Shown here one piece after another: positions 9,742-19,383 of a DNA stretch of 35,979 nucleotides. The notes beneath the pieces were generated by a model, which did no database searches, was not told where the DNA came from, and saw only the letters and a program-made list of their open reading frames with translations. Source of the DNA: Promethearchaeota archaeon. Lineage in GTDB: Archaea > Asgardarchaeota > Lokiarchaeia > Sigyniarchaeales > SOKP01. Position 1 is the stretch's first letter. Each line of letters opens with the position of its first letter. Location of the stretch: positions 1 through 35,979 of the forward strand of contig JAEOSU010000023.1 in assembly GCA_016840165.1 (NCBI GenBank), given 5' to 3'. Both the position numbers and the translations under genes were made by a program.

Positions 9742-11142
9742 ATGTCTAATGTAGAAAGAGAGCAATTTTCTCTAAAGCATTCTTTAGCCTATAGTTCGGG
9801 ATTATTTTCGGATGTATTATCCTACCAATTTTTTACATTTCTGATTTTCACCTTTTACTATTCCGTTATTGGCTTACCCTCTGATTGGATAACACTAGCA
9901 TTTATTATTTGGAGCATCTGGAACGCTCTGAATGACCCAATGTGGGGCATTATTTCAGATAGAACTAACACCAAATGGGGAAGACGACGTCCATATATAA
10001 TAATAAGTTTTATTCCACTTTGTGTAATCACAGTACTTCTATGGACACCAATCACTACATCATCGATGACCACTTTTTTCTATTTCTTAATAATTATAAT
10101 TCTCTTTGACACTATCTATACATTATATAGTATTAATCAAACCTCACTCTTCCCAGAGATGTTTCAGTCACTTGCAATTCGATCGAAAGTTAATAATGTA
10201 AGGCAGATATTTTCCGTTATTGGACTTATTTTTGCTTTTATTTTACCAGCATTCTTTATTCCCGATTATACTTTATCCCAATATGCTCCTAATTATATTG
10301 TGACAGGGATTATCATGGCAATCGTTATGGCTATTGGAGCGTTAATCTTTATTAAATGGGGGATTAAAGAGAAAGCGATATTTGCTGTAGATAAGGAATC
10401 AAACCCATCATTTTTTAAATCGATGGGTTTTACACTTAAGAATCGAGCATTTATTTGTTATGCGTTAACAGCCCTCGCTAATTGGTATGTATTTGGAATG
10501 CTTCCAACAATTGTTCCCCTCTTTGGAAGATTTGCACTCGATACTCCGGAATCATTTCTTCAGTCAATTCTACTTGGATTAGCATTTATTTCCGCTATAA
10601 TTTTCATCTTTTTTTGGCGTTTTGTAACTCTTAAGGTCGGATTAAGGATTGGATTCATATTGTCTATGTTATCATTTATAGTTGTCTTAATTCCATTCCT
10701 ATGGATCTCTGATTTTATGTCAGGGTTAATCGCGTTTTTTTTTGTTGGTCTAGGATTATCTGGCTCCTTATTTTTTAGAGATCCTTTGGTTTCTGCTATT
10801 GCCGATGAAGATGAACTTAGAACAGGAGTCCGAAGAGAAGGAAGTTTTTATGGGGTTAATGCCTTGATTATAAGATTGTCTACTATATTTATCTTTGTTA
10901 CAATCAACTCTGTGTTTGTCAGTACAGGATGGAAAGTTTTTGCTCCAGAGACTGCTACTCCTGCGGAGATTATCATTTATGCAAATGGCTTACGAATGCT
11001 AATGTTTACTTTCCCAGCAATAGCGCTAGCTTTTGGAATTTTTATAATGTTCCTTTTCCCTCTTACTAAGGAAAAAATGGAAAAAGTTCGCGAAAAGGTT
11101 AATAAATTGCATGAAGAAAAACATGCGCGATTATCAAAATAA
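9742..11142 (+). CDS. GPH family (MelB/YihO-like, MFS_2) glycoside:cation symporter
   Basis: WNALNDPMWGIISDRTNTKWGRRRPY and DEDELRTGVRREGSFYG motifs. ATG 9742 is preferred over GTG 9733. Confidence 0.9.
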   Translation: MSNVEREQFSLKHSLAYSSGLFSDVLSYQFFTFLIFTFYYSVIGLPSDWITLAFIIWSIWNALNDPMWGIISDRTNTKWGRRRPYIIISFIPLCVITVLLWTPITTSSMTTFFYFLIIIILFDTIYTLYSINQTSLFPEMFQSLAIRSKVNNVRQIFSVIGLIFAFILPAFFIPDYTLSQYAPNYIVTGIIMAIVMAIGALIFIKWGIKEKAIFAVDKESNPSFFKSMGFTLKNRAFICYALTALANWYVFGMLPTIVPLFGRFALDTPESFLQSILLGLAFISAIIFIFFWRFVTLKVGLRIGFILSMLSFIVVLIPFLWISDFMSGLIAFFFVGLGLSGSLFFRDPLVSAIADEDELRTGVRREGSFYGVNALIIRLSTIFIFVTINSVFVSTGWKVFAPETATPAEIIIYANGLRMLMFTFPAIALAFGIFIMFLFPLTKEKMEKVREKVNKLHEEKHARLSK

Positions 11143-11209
11143 TAAGAATTATTATTTTTTTTTATTCTTTTTAATATATTGTAATTAAAAATTAAATAAT
11201 ATAATCAAT

Positions 11210-12520
11210 ATGACTATTAAAAATCAACCAAACATTATTTTATTTATTACCCATGATCAGGGGCAATTTCTTGGCTGTTATAACTCTGTCCAAACGCCAA
11301 ATTCTTTAAACACCCCTCACTTAGATGGACTTGCTAAAAATGGAATAAGATTTACAAATTATTTTTGTACTGCTCCACAGTGTAGTCCAAGTAGAGGTGG
11401 TATCCAAACATCTTTATATCCTCATCAAAACGGATTAATGGGATTAGTAGATCGTGGTTGGACGTTACCAGAATCGAATAAAACTCTTCCGATGTATTTG
11501 AAAGAAAACGGTTATAGTACTCATTTAATGGGATTTCAACACGAATCTTTTGATGCTCATACGTTAGGATATGATACTATTAGTAAAAGAAGGTCTGAAC
11601 CTCTTTATAATTGTCACAAGATGAATAAAAATTATCAACAATTTTTCAAAGAACATCAAAATGATAGGGAGCCCTTTTTTCTAAATATAGGCGTAGTTCA
11701 AGTGCATCGTCCTTTTGGTTTATGGGCTGGTACTCCTGTGAATCCAGAGAATGTAAAGATTCCACCTTATTTACCAGATAATGAAACAGTAAGGGAAGAT
11801 CTATCCCAATTTTATAAGGCAATTCAAGGAGTTGATGATTGTATTGGTAACATATTACAAATGTTAGAAGAATTTGGATTAAGGGATGATACTTTATTTA
11901 TTTATACAACTGATCATGGAGAGGCGTATCCTAGAGCAAAATGCACTCTCTATGACCCTGGAATCAAAACTCTCTTACTCATATCTCATCCAAATTCAGA
12001 CATTATCAAAAAGGGGACTGTGTATGAGCAAATGGCTAGCAATGTTGACCTAATGCCAACCCTCTTAGACTTAATAGGAGCGGAAATTCCTAAAAAGATT
12101 GAAGGGAGAAGTTTTTTACTACTTTTGAAAGGGGAAACAGAAACCTTTAGAAAAGAAATATATTCAGAAAAAAGCTTCCATGAAGTATATGATCCTATTC
12201 GTAGCATTAGAACTGATAGATTTAAATTCATTATAAATTTTGGAAAAAATCAAGATCGGTATCAGATAGCTGCTGATATGCGTCAAGATGCTTTAGGTAA
12301 ATATTTTTTGAATATTGTTGAGAAAAATAGACCTGATGAGGAACTTTATGATCTTAAAAGTGACCCAAATGAACAGAATAATCTAATTGATGAAATTAAT
12401 TATAAAGAAACAGCAAAAGAATTAAAAGATAAGTTATTGGATTGGATGAGAAGAACAGATGATCCACTTCTTAAAGGTAAAATTAAAGATCAAAGGTCTG
12501 AACCACCGATTAAGTATTGA
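11210..12520 (+). CDS. Formylglycine-dependent sulfatase (N-sulfoglucosamine sulfohydrolase-like)
   Basis: PNIILFITHD, CSPSR (CxPxR), YTTDHG, AKCTLYD, ELYDLKSDPNEQNNL. Confidence 0.92.
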   Translation: MTIKNQPNIILFITHDQGQFLGCYNSVQTPNSLNTPHLDGLAKNGIRFTNYFCTAPQCSPSRGGIQTSLYPHQNGLMGLVDRGWTLPESNKTLPMYLKENGYSTHLMGFQHESFDAHTLGYDTISKRRSEPLYNCHKMNKNYQQFFKEHQNDREPFFLNIGVVQVHRPFGLWAGTPVNPENVKIPPYLPDNETVREDLSQFYKAIQGVDDCIGNILQMLEEFGLRDDTLFIYTTDHGEAYPRAKCTLYDPGIKTLLLISHPNSDIIKKGTVYEQMASNVDLMPTLLDLIGAEIPKKIEGRSFLLLLKGETETFRKEIYSEKSFHEVYDPIRSIRTDRFKFIINFGKNQDRYQIAADMRQDALGKYFLNIVEKNRPDEELYDLKSDPNEQNNLIDEINYKETAKELKDKLLDWMRRTDDPLLKGKIKDQRSEPPIKY

Positions 12521-12595
12521 TTAATAACCATAAAGAATAAATTAATTTCTATTTTTATTCATAGTACCATAATTTAATAATTAGAAGGGATATTT

Positions 12596-13324
12596 ATGTC
12601 ATTTTTTTGTAAAGTTCAAGATAGGAATATACCACTCGTTTCTGTGGGTACGTCTACGTTTATTGGAGCTGGACAATTTGGAAAAAATGCTCGAGTTTAT
12701 CGCAAAAAGTTTCTCAATAATTCTGATGCGATATTAGAAATCCTTGAAGCTTGCTATCAAATTGGAGGGCGTGGAATTGAAGTTATACCCGCGGGTAAAA
12801 TATCCGAAGCTATTAAAATCTTTAGAGAAGCCCATAACGATTTTGTAGTGACAGGTTCAACATTTCCAGGCTCTGATCCACTCATTGATGATCTCGTTGA
12901 AATGAATGCCCAAATAATCTTTGTCCATGCTTCAGTTTCCGATCAGAAGAATGAACGACTCACACGAATATTAGACGAAGTTTCTTCGCGAGGAGTCATT
13001 CCAGGTATGGCTGTCCATAATCCAGTTTCCACTCTAAATTATGCTTTCGAAAACTTGCCAGAAATCAAGACATTTCTCATACCATTCAATGCTAAAGGAA
13101 TCTTTATGGGAAATCAGAAAGAAGTTGAAAATTTGGTTGATTCCCATAAGGACTGTGCATTTATGGCTATGAAGACCTTAGGTGCTGGAAAAATAGACCC
13201 AGAAATTGCTTATGCATATATAGCAAAGCATAATATTCGTTGTGCGACTATTGGAATGGTGAGTATTGAAGAGGTTAATATAACAACTAAATATGCGTTA
13301 AAAGGACTTAATAGGGGAAATTAA
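12596..13324 (+). CDS. Hypothetical TIM-barrel / aldo-keto-reductase-like protein
   Basis: GTSTFIGAGQFG, LIPFN and AMKTLGAG resemble archaeal AKR-like uncharacterised proteins. Confidence 0.6.
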   Translation: MSFFCKVQDRNIPLVSVGTSTFIGAGQFGKNARVYRKKFLNNSDAILEILEACYQIGGRGIEVIPAGKISEAIKIFREAHNDFVVTGSTFPGSDPLIDDLVEMNAQIIFVHASVSDQKNERLTRILDEVSSRGVIPGMAVHNPVSTLNYAFENLPEIKTFLIPFNAKGIFMGNQKEVENLVDSHKDCAFMAMKTLGAGKIDPEIAYAYIAKHNIRCATIGMVSIEEVNITTKYALKGLNRGN

Positions 13325-13493
13325 TAACACGATTAATACTTATCATTATTACTGTATTTTTCTAAAACTATGAACAGCATTGATTAATTGTTATTGATTT
13401 ATCATCACTCCTTATTACCAATAACAAAGCTTATAAGATTATTTTGGTTATTGGGTTATGAAATTATGAAAAACTTATAAAAATCTGAGTATC

Positions 13494-13685
13494 ATGAATC
13501 ACAGCAAAGACATTTTATTTTTTCTAATAATTATATGTTCAATAATGGGATTCGCTTCAATATTATTTGTTAATGGTATTGTATCATGAGGAGATAGGCA
13601 AAGAGGTTTTGATGTATCATTTGGTGTAATATCTATTATTGTTGCTTTCTTACTTGTAATATATTTTCAATTGGAAAGAAAATGA
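13494..13685 (+). CDS. Small two-TM membrane protein with in-frame TGA (candidate selenoprotein or pseudogene)
   Basis: Manual translation: MNHSKDILFFLIIICSIMGFASILFVNGIVS[TGA 13587-9]GDRQRGFDVSFGVISIIVAFLLVIYFQLERK[TGA]. Missed by the ORF track. Confidence 0.45.
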
Positions 13686-13706
13686 GTAATCTTAAAACTA
13701 ATATAG

Positions 13707-13742
13707 ATGATTCCTACGAGAAAATGGTAGTCATAGGATGAT
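13707..13742 (+). ncRNA. SECIS-like hairpin (AUGA...AAAA...UGA kink-turn-type core)
   Basis: AUGAU-UCCUACGAG-AAAA-UGGUAG-UCAUAGGA-UGAU. UCCUA/UAGGA and GA/UC pair above a UGAU/UGAU quartet. Lies 21 nt after the TGA-containing ORF. Confidence 0.4.
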
Positions 13743-13840
13743 AATCCTTGCAAAGGATAATATTATTAAGAGAATTGGTTAAGATTTCATCTTATTATAA
13801 CTTAGGGTTCCTTAAAAAAAAAGAAATTTAAAAAACAAGA

Positions 13841-15799
13841 TTATTCTTTAACATCTGCTAATTCTGAGAATAATATTTTAAATTCAGATTGTTTTCTGTA
13901 AAATACTGGAGGTTGTCCTAGTGGAGCCTCAACTTCAATCCAGCCATGTTCATATTCTTTTCCTGACCAGAGATGTATCCATGCATCATCTGGTAAATAG
14001 ACATTCCAATTATCAATTCCTGGTTTAATCACGGGTGCAACTAATAAATCTTGACCGAGCATAAATTGATATTTCAGATGATATAGTTCCTGATCACTTA
14101 CGTAATGCATAAAACATCCTCTCATTGGAGGGATGCCATACTCTTGATACTCATTAGAAAGATGCTTCAAATAAGGAGTTAAATAAAGATGAATTCTAAC
14201 CATTTTTGATAAGTGATCAAGCGTCTCATCGTCGGTATCAAACTGCCAATTCGCATCAGGGCGATTTCCTTCATGAGTGCGCATAAACGTAGAAAAAGTG
14301 GCAATCTCTGCGGATCTCATAAAAAGTTCTTTGGATCTTGTATAATTTCTATAGGTTGTATAGCATCCGATATCAAAATGATAATATCCAATTCCACACA
14401 AGCCCATATTAATACTTGAGGGAATTACTGAGGGAAGTCCTAATTTTTTATCCCAATCAACTCGCTGATCTCCCGAGAAGTGCATCATAGTATATTTTGA
14501 AGAGTGTGTAAAACCAGAGCGAGTGAAAAACATTACCTTATCGAGCAGGTTCTCTTCTTTAACTGCTTCAAAATTGAGTTTATTCCATAATGTTGGAGAT
14601 AAGTTATGAAATTCTTCTCCTGATACTCCTGAATTTAATAAAGCATCGACAGGAACATACTCGCCATAATCTACCATCCACCCATTCATACCGATACCAA
14701 TCATATTTTTCTTAATTATGGATTTAATCCAATCGACCGCATCTGGGTTAGAAAAATCAAGTTGTGCTGCGGGAAAATCCGTCATCATAACCAGATAGTC
14801 CTCTCCCTTATCATTTTTGATGCAATATCCCTTTTTTGATGCTTCTTTGTAAAGATCTCCTTCAATTGCAAGCATAGTATTGATGTATCCCATGAATTTA
14901 ATTCCTTTTGAATTTAACTTTTTAATATACTCGGGGAGATTAGGATATATTTTTTCATCATATTTCCAATCCCAGAATAATTGTTTTCCAAAAGAAGTAT
15001 ATCTTATACCTTCCCAATCTTGACACCAAACGCCCCCAACTTTAATATCATGTTTTAGTGCGGTTTCGATTTTTTTATCTACAATTTCAGGTCCTCCTTG
15101 AACTCCGAGCCATATTCCATCATAGATCCACTCTGGTGGCTTTGGTTGCAATCCGAGATATTTATTAAGCTTTTTGACTGTATCTAAAAATGTTTCGCAC
15201 TTTTCAAAATAAATTTGAGTTGGTATGCTCCAAATATATAATTCATTTTTATTATGCTCGGTGAAATCAAACTCAGAATAAGCATTAGTATCCACATGAC
15301 AGTAATAATTATACGATGATATAAAATTAGGTTGAGGATAATAAGTATGACTAGATCTTGTTGGAGGAGACGCATCTTCCACCCATATTGATATCATTTT
15401 GCCCTTTAAATTTAATTCTGAGAATTGTTCTCCACATCCAAATATAGCCTCATCTTCATCTGATTCTAATTTCACCCAAAAACGATTGATGGTTTTATCC
15501 TCACATTTAGGAGTAATGATTAGTTTATTTTCTTGAATATAAAATTCTATTACTATTGAATATTCATTATAACTAAATTCAATTATAATTTGATTATCCA
15601 ATTGAGATAAGATCTTAAAATCTTGAAGAGAAATCCTTTTTTTTAATTTGTCTTGTATATTAAAGGAAGAATGGTTTTGCTTAAATTTCCCAGTTCCGAT
15701 CCCCATTTCAAAACAAGGATTTTTTTTGGTATGAGAAAATACTTTATACTCCCTATAATAGATATTAAATCCTTCATCAATCGATTCTAATCGAATCAT
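13841..15799 (-). CDS. yihQ: Sulfoquinovosidase (GH31, YihQ/SftG-like)
   Basis: WLGVQGG, WCQDWEGIRYTSFGK..FWDW, WMVDYGE (nucleophile Asp), GDQ (acid/base), GCYTT and MRTHEGNRP. ATG 15799 forms an ATGA overlap with the isomerase stop. Confidence 0.88.
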   Translation of the reverse strand: MIRLESIDEGFNIYYREYKVFSHTKKNPCFEMGIGTGKFKQNHSSFNIQDKLKKRISLQDFKILSQLDNQIIIEFSYNEYSIVIEFYIQENKLIITPKCEDKTINRFWVKLESDEDEAIFGCGEQFSELNLKGKMISIWVEDASPPTRSSHTYYPQPNFISSYNYYCHVDTNAYSEFDFTEHNKNELYIWSIPTQIYFEKCETFLDTVKKLNKYLGLQPKPPEWIYDGIWLGVQGGPEIVDKKIETALKHDIKVGGVWCQDWEGIRYTSFGKQLFWDWKYDEKIYPNLPEYIKKLNSKGIKFMGYINTMLAIEGDLYKEASKKGYCIKNDKGEDYLVMMTDFPAAQLDFSNPDAVDWIKSIIKKNMIGIGMNGWMVDYGEYVPVDALLNSGVSGEEFHNLSPTLWNKLNFEAVKEENLLDKVMFFTRSGFTHSSKYTMMHFSGDQRVDWDKKLGLPSVIPSSINMGLCGIGYYHFDIGCYTTYRNYTRSKELFMRSAEIATFSTFMRTHEGNRPDANWQFDTDDETLDHLSKMVRIHLYLTPYLKHLSNEYQEYGIPPMRGCFMHYVSDQELYHLKYQFMLGQDLLVAPVIKPGIDNWNVYLPDDAWIHLWSGKEYEHGWIEVEAPLGQPPVFYRKQSEFKILFSELADVKE

Positions 15800-17112
15800 T
15801 TGATTACTTTCCACCCCTTAATTTTTGCGAAAATCTCAAATGGTCTAATAAAATCACCATAAACCACAGAAATATGATGGGCAATTCCGTTTTGAATTAT
15901 TTTATTTAAGACTTCTCTTACATGATCTTGAAATTCTACTTTCACATAGGTGCCTTTTAACTCCTTTTCCATAGGGATACCCTCTGCTTTTTGAAGAAAT
16001 AAACGATATTCGCCAGGGGTGTAATCTATTCTCAACATTGAGAGATCTCCTGGCTTCATTACGAAATCTGCCGTCACTCCTTTTCCTCCAGCAAAATAGG
16101 TATCAAGTGATCTGTTGCATACTCCATCCCAAAGATTACAAGCTGCAACTCCACAATGCCATAATAATCCAAAATCCTCGTTAAAATCTACCTGGGAAAA
16201 GTCAGATAAAAAGGGATTTTTGCCTCCTATTGCTTGATGAGCTAACATTGAAAGAGATCCTAAAATGTCTCCTTCACAGGTTAAAATTTTATTTTCCATT
16301 TGTAAGAATGACATTGCTGCACAGGGTGAAATTCCATAATTATTCGCAAATTCAGGCCAACATCGTATTGCAAGCGCATCAAGTTGGTTTTGTTCCAAAA
16401 ATTTCTCAAACTTAGCTGTCAAAGAGGCTACCAGATTCAATTGTTCCTCACTTATTCCTGATACATCGAAAATAGTTTGGATTTGTTCCCTTCTTTCATT
16501 TACTTGAACATGATTGACTTCTAATGAGAAGACTTCATTCAACTCGTAATGATCAATAAGAATTCCTAACTCTCGATAAAGATCTAACTCATCAACATCC
16601 AAATTAAGAAACCCTTTCGCTCGATAGCCAATAATACCTATATGACTCGAAGAAAATACCTTAAGTATTCGAATTGCATCAAGCCAGTCAACATCAATCT
16701 CTTTTCCTATAACCACATGATAATTTTTAACCCCTGCTTTATAGAGATTACTGGAATTTAAGTTGATTCCACATACCGAGTTAAGCCGTATTTTTCCACC
16801 ATCATATGGTAATTCCTCTAAACCCCACAATAAAATTGGTCTTTGAATTTTCTTATTCAATTCCAATATCAGATGGCCTAATGCAAAAGTTCCACTAATA
16901 CAGACTAACGCATCGACTTGTTTTGCTGTTAGATAAGCAGCTGCCTGCTGAGCTTCATTAATTTCAATTACCAAATGATCTATAAAATGCCACTCGACTT
17001 TTTCGATCTTTTTTAGATCATTTTTGATTTGAAAATAAATCTCTTCTGCTGCTTTATAATCAAAAGTTTTACGTGCAACACAAACTACACCTACTTTAAT
17101 TTCTTGTTTCAT
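15796..17112 (-). CDS. L-fucose/L-arabinose isomerase family protein; likely sulfoquinovose isomerase (SftI/SqvD-like)
   Basis: SGTFALG, RLNSVCG, AIRCWPEF, CEGD, LWHCG and IAHH motifs. RBS AGGAGG. Operon context. Confidence 0.82.
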   Translation of the reverse strand: MKQEIKVGVVCVARKTFDYKAAEEIYFQIKNDLKKIEKVEWHFIDHLVIEINEAQQAAAYLTAKQVDALVCISGTFALGHLILELNKKIQRPILLWGLEELPYDGGKIRLNSVCGINLNSSNLYKAGVKNYHVVIGKEIDVDWLDAIRILKVFSSSHIGIIGYRAKGFLNLDVDELDLYRELGILIDHYELNEVFSLEVNHVQVNERREQIQTIFDVSGISEEQLNLVASLTAKFEKFLEQNQLDALAIRCWPEFANNYGISPCAAMSFLQMENKILTCEGDILGSLSMLAHQAIGGKNPFLSDFSQVDFNEDFGLLWHCGVAACNLWDGVCNRSLDTYFAGGKGVTADFVMKPGDLSMLRIDYTPGEYRLFLQKAEGIPMEKELKGTYVKVEFQDHVREVLNKIIQNGIAHHISVVYGDFIRPFEIFAKIKGWKVIK

Positions 17113-17995
17113 TATTGAATCCTCCTATTTCTTTTTCTAAAACTTTAATTGTAGCAGAAAAATCTTCATCGGCATACTTATCAATACCATTATTATACAC
17201 ATCTAATACTCTCTTAGCGCCTGGTAAATCTAATCCTAACTTCTGAGCAAACTCGATGATCAAGTGCATGTCTTTATGCATGTTACGAAAGGAGAATTTT
17301 GGGGTGAAATCTCGTTTTTTAATGCTTTTTGCTTTTACATCCAAATAAAAATTTTGTCCTCCTCCCGCTGCAATTCCAGGAGCAATCTTATCATATTCAA
17401 TGCCTGCAACTTTTGCCATGAGAATCATCTCGTTGACTCCATTTTGTATATTTCCAACGAGCATATTATGGCACATCTTCATAGCTAAACCCTTGCCATT
17501 CTCCCCAAAATATATTATTTCCTCTCTCTTCCCCATATATTCTAATATTGGCTTAATCTTCTGAAATGTATCGAAATTTCCTCCAACATAAATACCTAAA
17601 TTACCGGCAATTGCGGCAGCTTGACTTTTCACTACAGGAACGTCCATCATGGTACTTCCAGCTTCCCTGACTTTCTCTGCCAATTCCATGGATAATGATG
17701 GAGAGATGGTACTCATATCGATATATATCGTCCCCTTTTTCATAATGGGAAGAAGCCCATTCACTACTTCTTTTACATTCTCATTTGTTGGGACCATGCT
17801 AATAATTATATTACAGAAATTTGCAACTTCTTCTAAGGTTTCGCAATTTATCGCTCCTTCACTAACCAATTTATCAATTTGCTTTTTATTAATATCGAAT
17901 ACATAGACTGAACAGTTTCCCTTCTTTATAATATTGCGACACATATGCTCTCCCATCGTCCCAAGCCCAATAAAGCCAATTTTCAATGATTCCAT
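17096..17995 (-). CDS. Beta-hydroxyacid dehydrogenase family; likely NADH-dependent sulfolactaldehyde reductase (YihU/SftR-like)
   Basis: IGFIGLGTMG, DMSTISP, DVPVVKS and KMCHNML. RBS AGGTGA precedes ATG 17995. Confidence 0.8.
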   Translation of the reverse strand: MESLKIGFIGLGTMGEHMCRNIIKKGNCSVYVFDINKKQIDKLVSEGAINCETLEEVANFCNIIISMVPTNENVKEVVNGLLPIMKKGTIYIDMSTISPSLSMELAEKVREAGSTMMDVPVVKSQAAAIAGNLGIYVGGNFDTFQKIKPILEYMGKREEIIYFGENGKGLAMKMCHNMLVGNIQNGVNEMILMAKVAGIEYDKIAPGIAAGGGQNFYLDVKAKSIKKRDFTPKFSFRNMHKDMHLIIEFAQKLGLDLPGAKRVLDVYNNGIDKYADEDFSATIKVLEKEIGGFNNETRN

Positions 17996-18006
17996 TACTA
18001 TCACCT

Positions 18007-18681
18007 TTATAGGGAACCTAGTTCCGTATCATCCCAGGCATCTTGGAAGATTTTTAATCCTTTATCAGTAAAAGGATGCTCAAAACTACTTTTATATACT
18101 TCGAATCCCGCGGTTACAATATCTGCTCCCATTATCGCAGCCTCAACTATCTGCTTGCCGTTCCTTACAGCAGCAATTATTATTTCAGTGTCAAAATCAT
18201 AATTACGATACATTGAGACAATATCTGACATCAATTGAGTACAATCCACCCCAGATGCTTCTTGCCATCCGATAAATGGCGAGCAGTAAGTAGCACCTAA
18301 TCTCCCTGCTTGTAAAGCCTGCGAAGCAGTAAAAACTAAGGTTACATTTACTTTAATTGAAGCTTCAGTAAGCTTTTTTGTTGCTATTAATCCTTTTTCA
18401 TTACAAGGAATTTTAATTACGAAATTATGAGATAGTTGAGCGATCTTCTTAGCTTGTTCTATCATTTCTTCAGCTTTGGTAAGGTGCGGATCGATTTCAA
18501 CTGAGATTGGGAATTCTATGTCATCAAATTCACTAGCAAATTCTTTAATTACCGAAAAAAACGGTTTCCCTGAATTTTTTACATGTTTAGGATTCGAGGT
18601 GACTCCATTAATCTTCCAATTTTCCAATGCATATTTTATCTCATCTATTTTAGCACTATCTAAAAAATATTTCATCTTCAT
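18007..18681 (-). CDS. Transaldolase/FSA family; likely sulfofructose transaldolase (SftT/SqvA-like)
   Basis: MKYFLDSA, GVTSNPKH..SGKPF, FPISVEI, FVIKIPC (Schiff-base Lys), SPFIGW (Trp where generic transaldolases have Arg) and AAVRNGKQIV. Confidence 0.88.
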   Translation of the reverse strand: MKMKYFLDSAKIDEIKYALENWKINGVTSNPKHVKNSGKPFFSVIKEFASEFDDIEFPISVEIDPHLTKAEEMIEQAKKIAQLSHNFVIKIPCNEKGLIATKKLTEASIKVNVTLVFTASQALQAGRLGATYCSPFIGWQEASGVDCTQLMSDIVSMYRNYDFDTEIIIAAVRNGKQIVEAAIMGADIVTAGFEVYKSSFEHPFTDKGLKIFQDAWDDTELGSL

Positions 18682-18831
18682 CTTCCGTTTTTGCTTTAAT
18701 TATATTTCTCAAGAAAGTAAAAAATCCATAAGATTTATGGTTTTCTTCTCTAATCAATTAACTCCAACTGCTCTTTATTTTATGATTAAAATTTAAATAA
18801 ATTTAATCAAGAGTAAACACAATTTCTATAT

Positions 18832-19338
18832 ATGATAACATTTCATGACAGTATGATTGAATATCAAAACCAACTAAAGAAAGGGATAATTCAGAAAGCT
18901 TATCGGGGATTAATGCAATATTTTGGATCCTTGAGATCATATTTTAAAAAGAATTATCCCGATTACTCTGTGTCAGGTAGTATTTATTTTGGATACATGG
19001 ATATGACATATTTTGCATTCAATCCACCTTTATTGAAAGATCGAAAATTAAAGATTGCGATTATATATTTGCATAAGGAATTCAGATTTGAAGTATGGTT
19101 GGGAGGATATAATAAAACTGTTCAGAAAGAATACTGGGATTTGGTTAGGGAAAGGGATTGGAATAAATACCATATTCCGTCAAGTATAGAAGGAATCGAT
19201 TCTATTGTGGAATATATTTTAGTTGATCATCCGGATTTTAGTGATTTAGATGCACTAACTATACAAATTGAAAGAGGAACAATGAATTTTGTAAAGGATG
19301 TTGAAGATTTCTTATCCCGTTTAAATATAATTGAATAA
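18832..19338 (+). CDS. Conserved hypothetical protein
   Basis: 168-aa ORF with YFGYMDMTYF and FEVWLGGYN. Resembles a widespread DUF; function unknown. Confidence 0.7.
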   Translation: MITFHDSMIEYQNQLKKGIIQKAYRGLMQYFGSLRSYFKKNYPDYSVSGSIYFGYMDMTYFAFNPPLLKDRKLKIAIIYLHKEFRFEVWLGGYNKTVQKEYWDLVRERDWNKYHIPSSIEGIDSIVEYILVDHPDFSDLDALTIQIERGTMNFVKDVEDFLSRLNIIE

Positions 19339-19383
19339 ACTTAATTAAAAATTAAAAATAGGAAAATATGAGTCTGAATAACT

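Noticed and set aside
13458-13706. Genome-wide UGA=Trp recoding
   Set aside because: Other genes use TGG for Trp and end at TGA (e.g. sulfatase 12520, isomerase 15796, MFS 35051).
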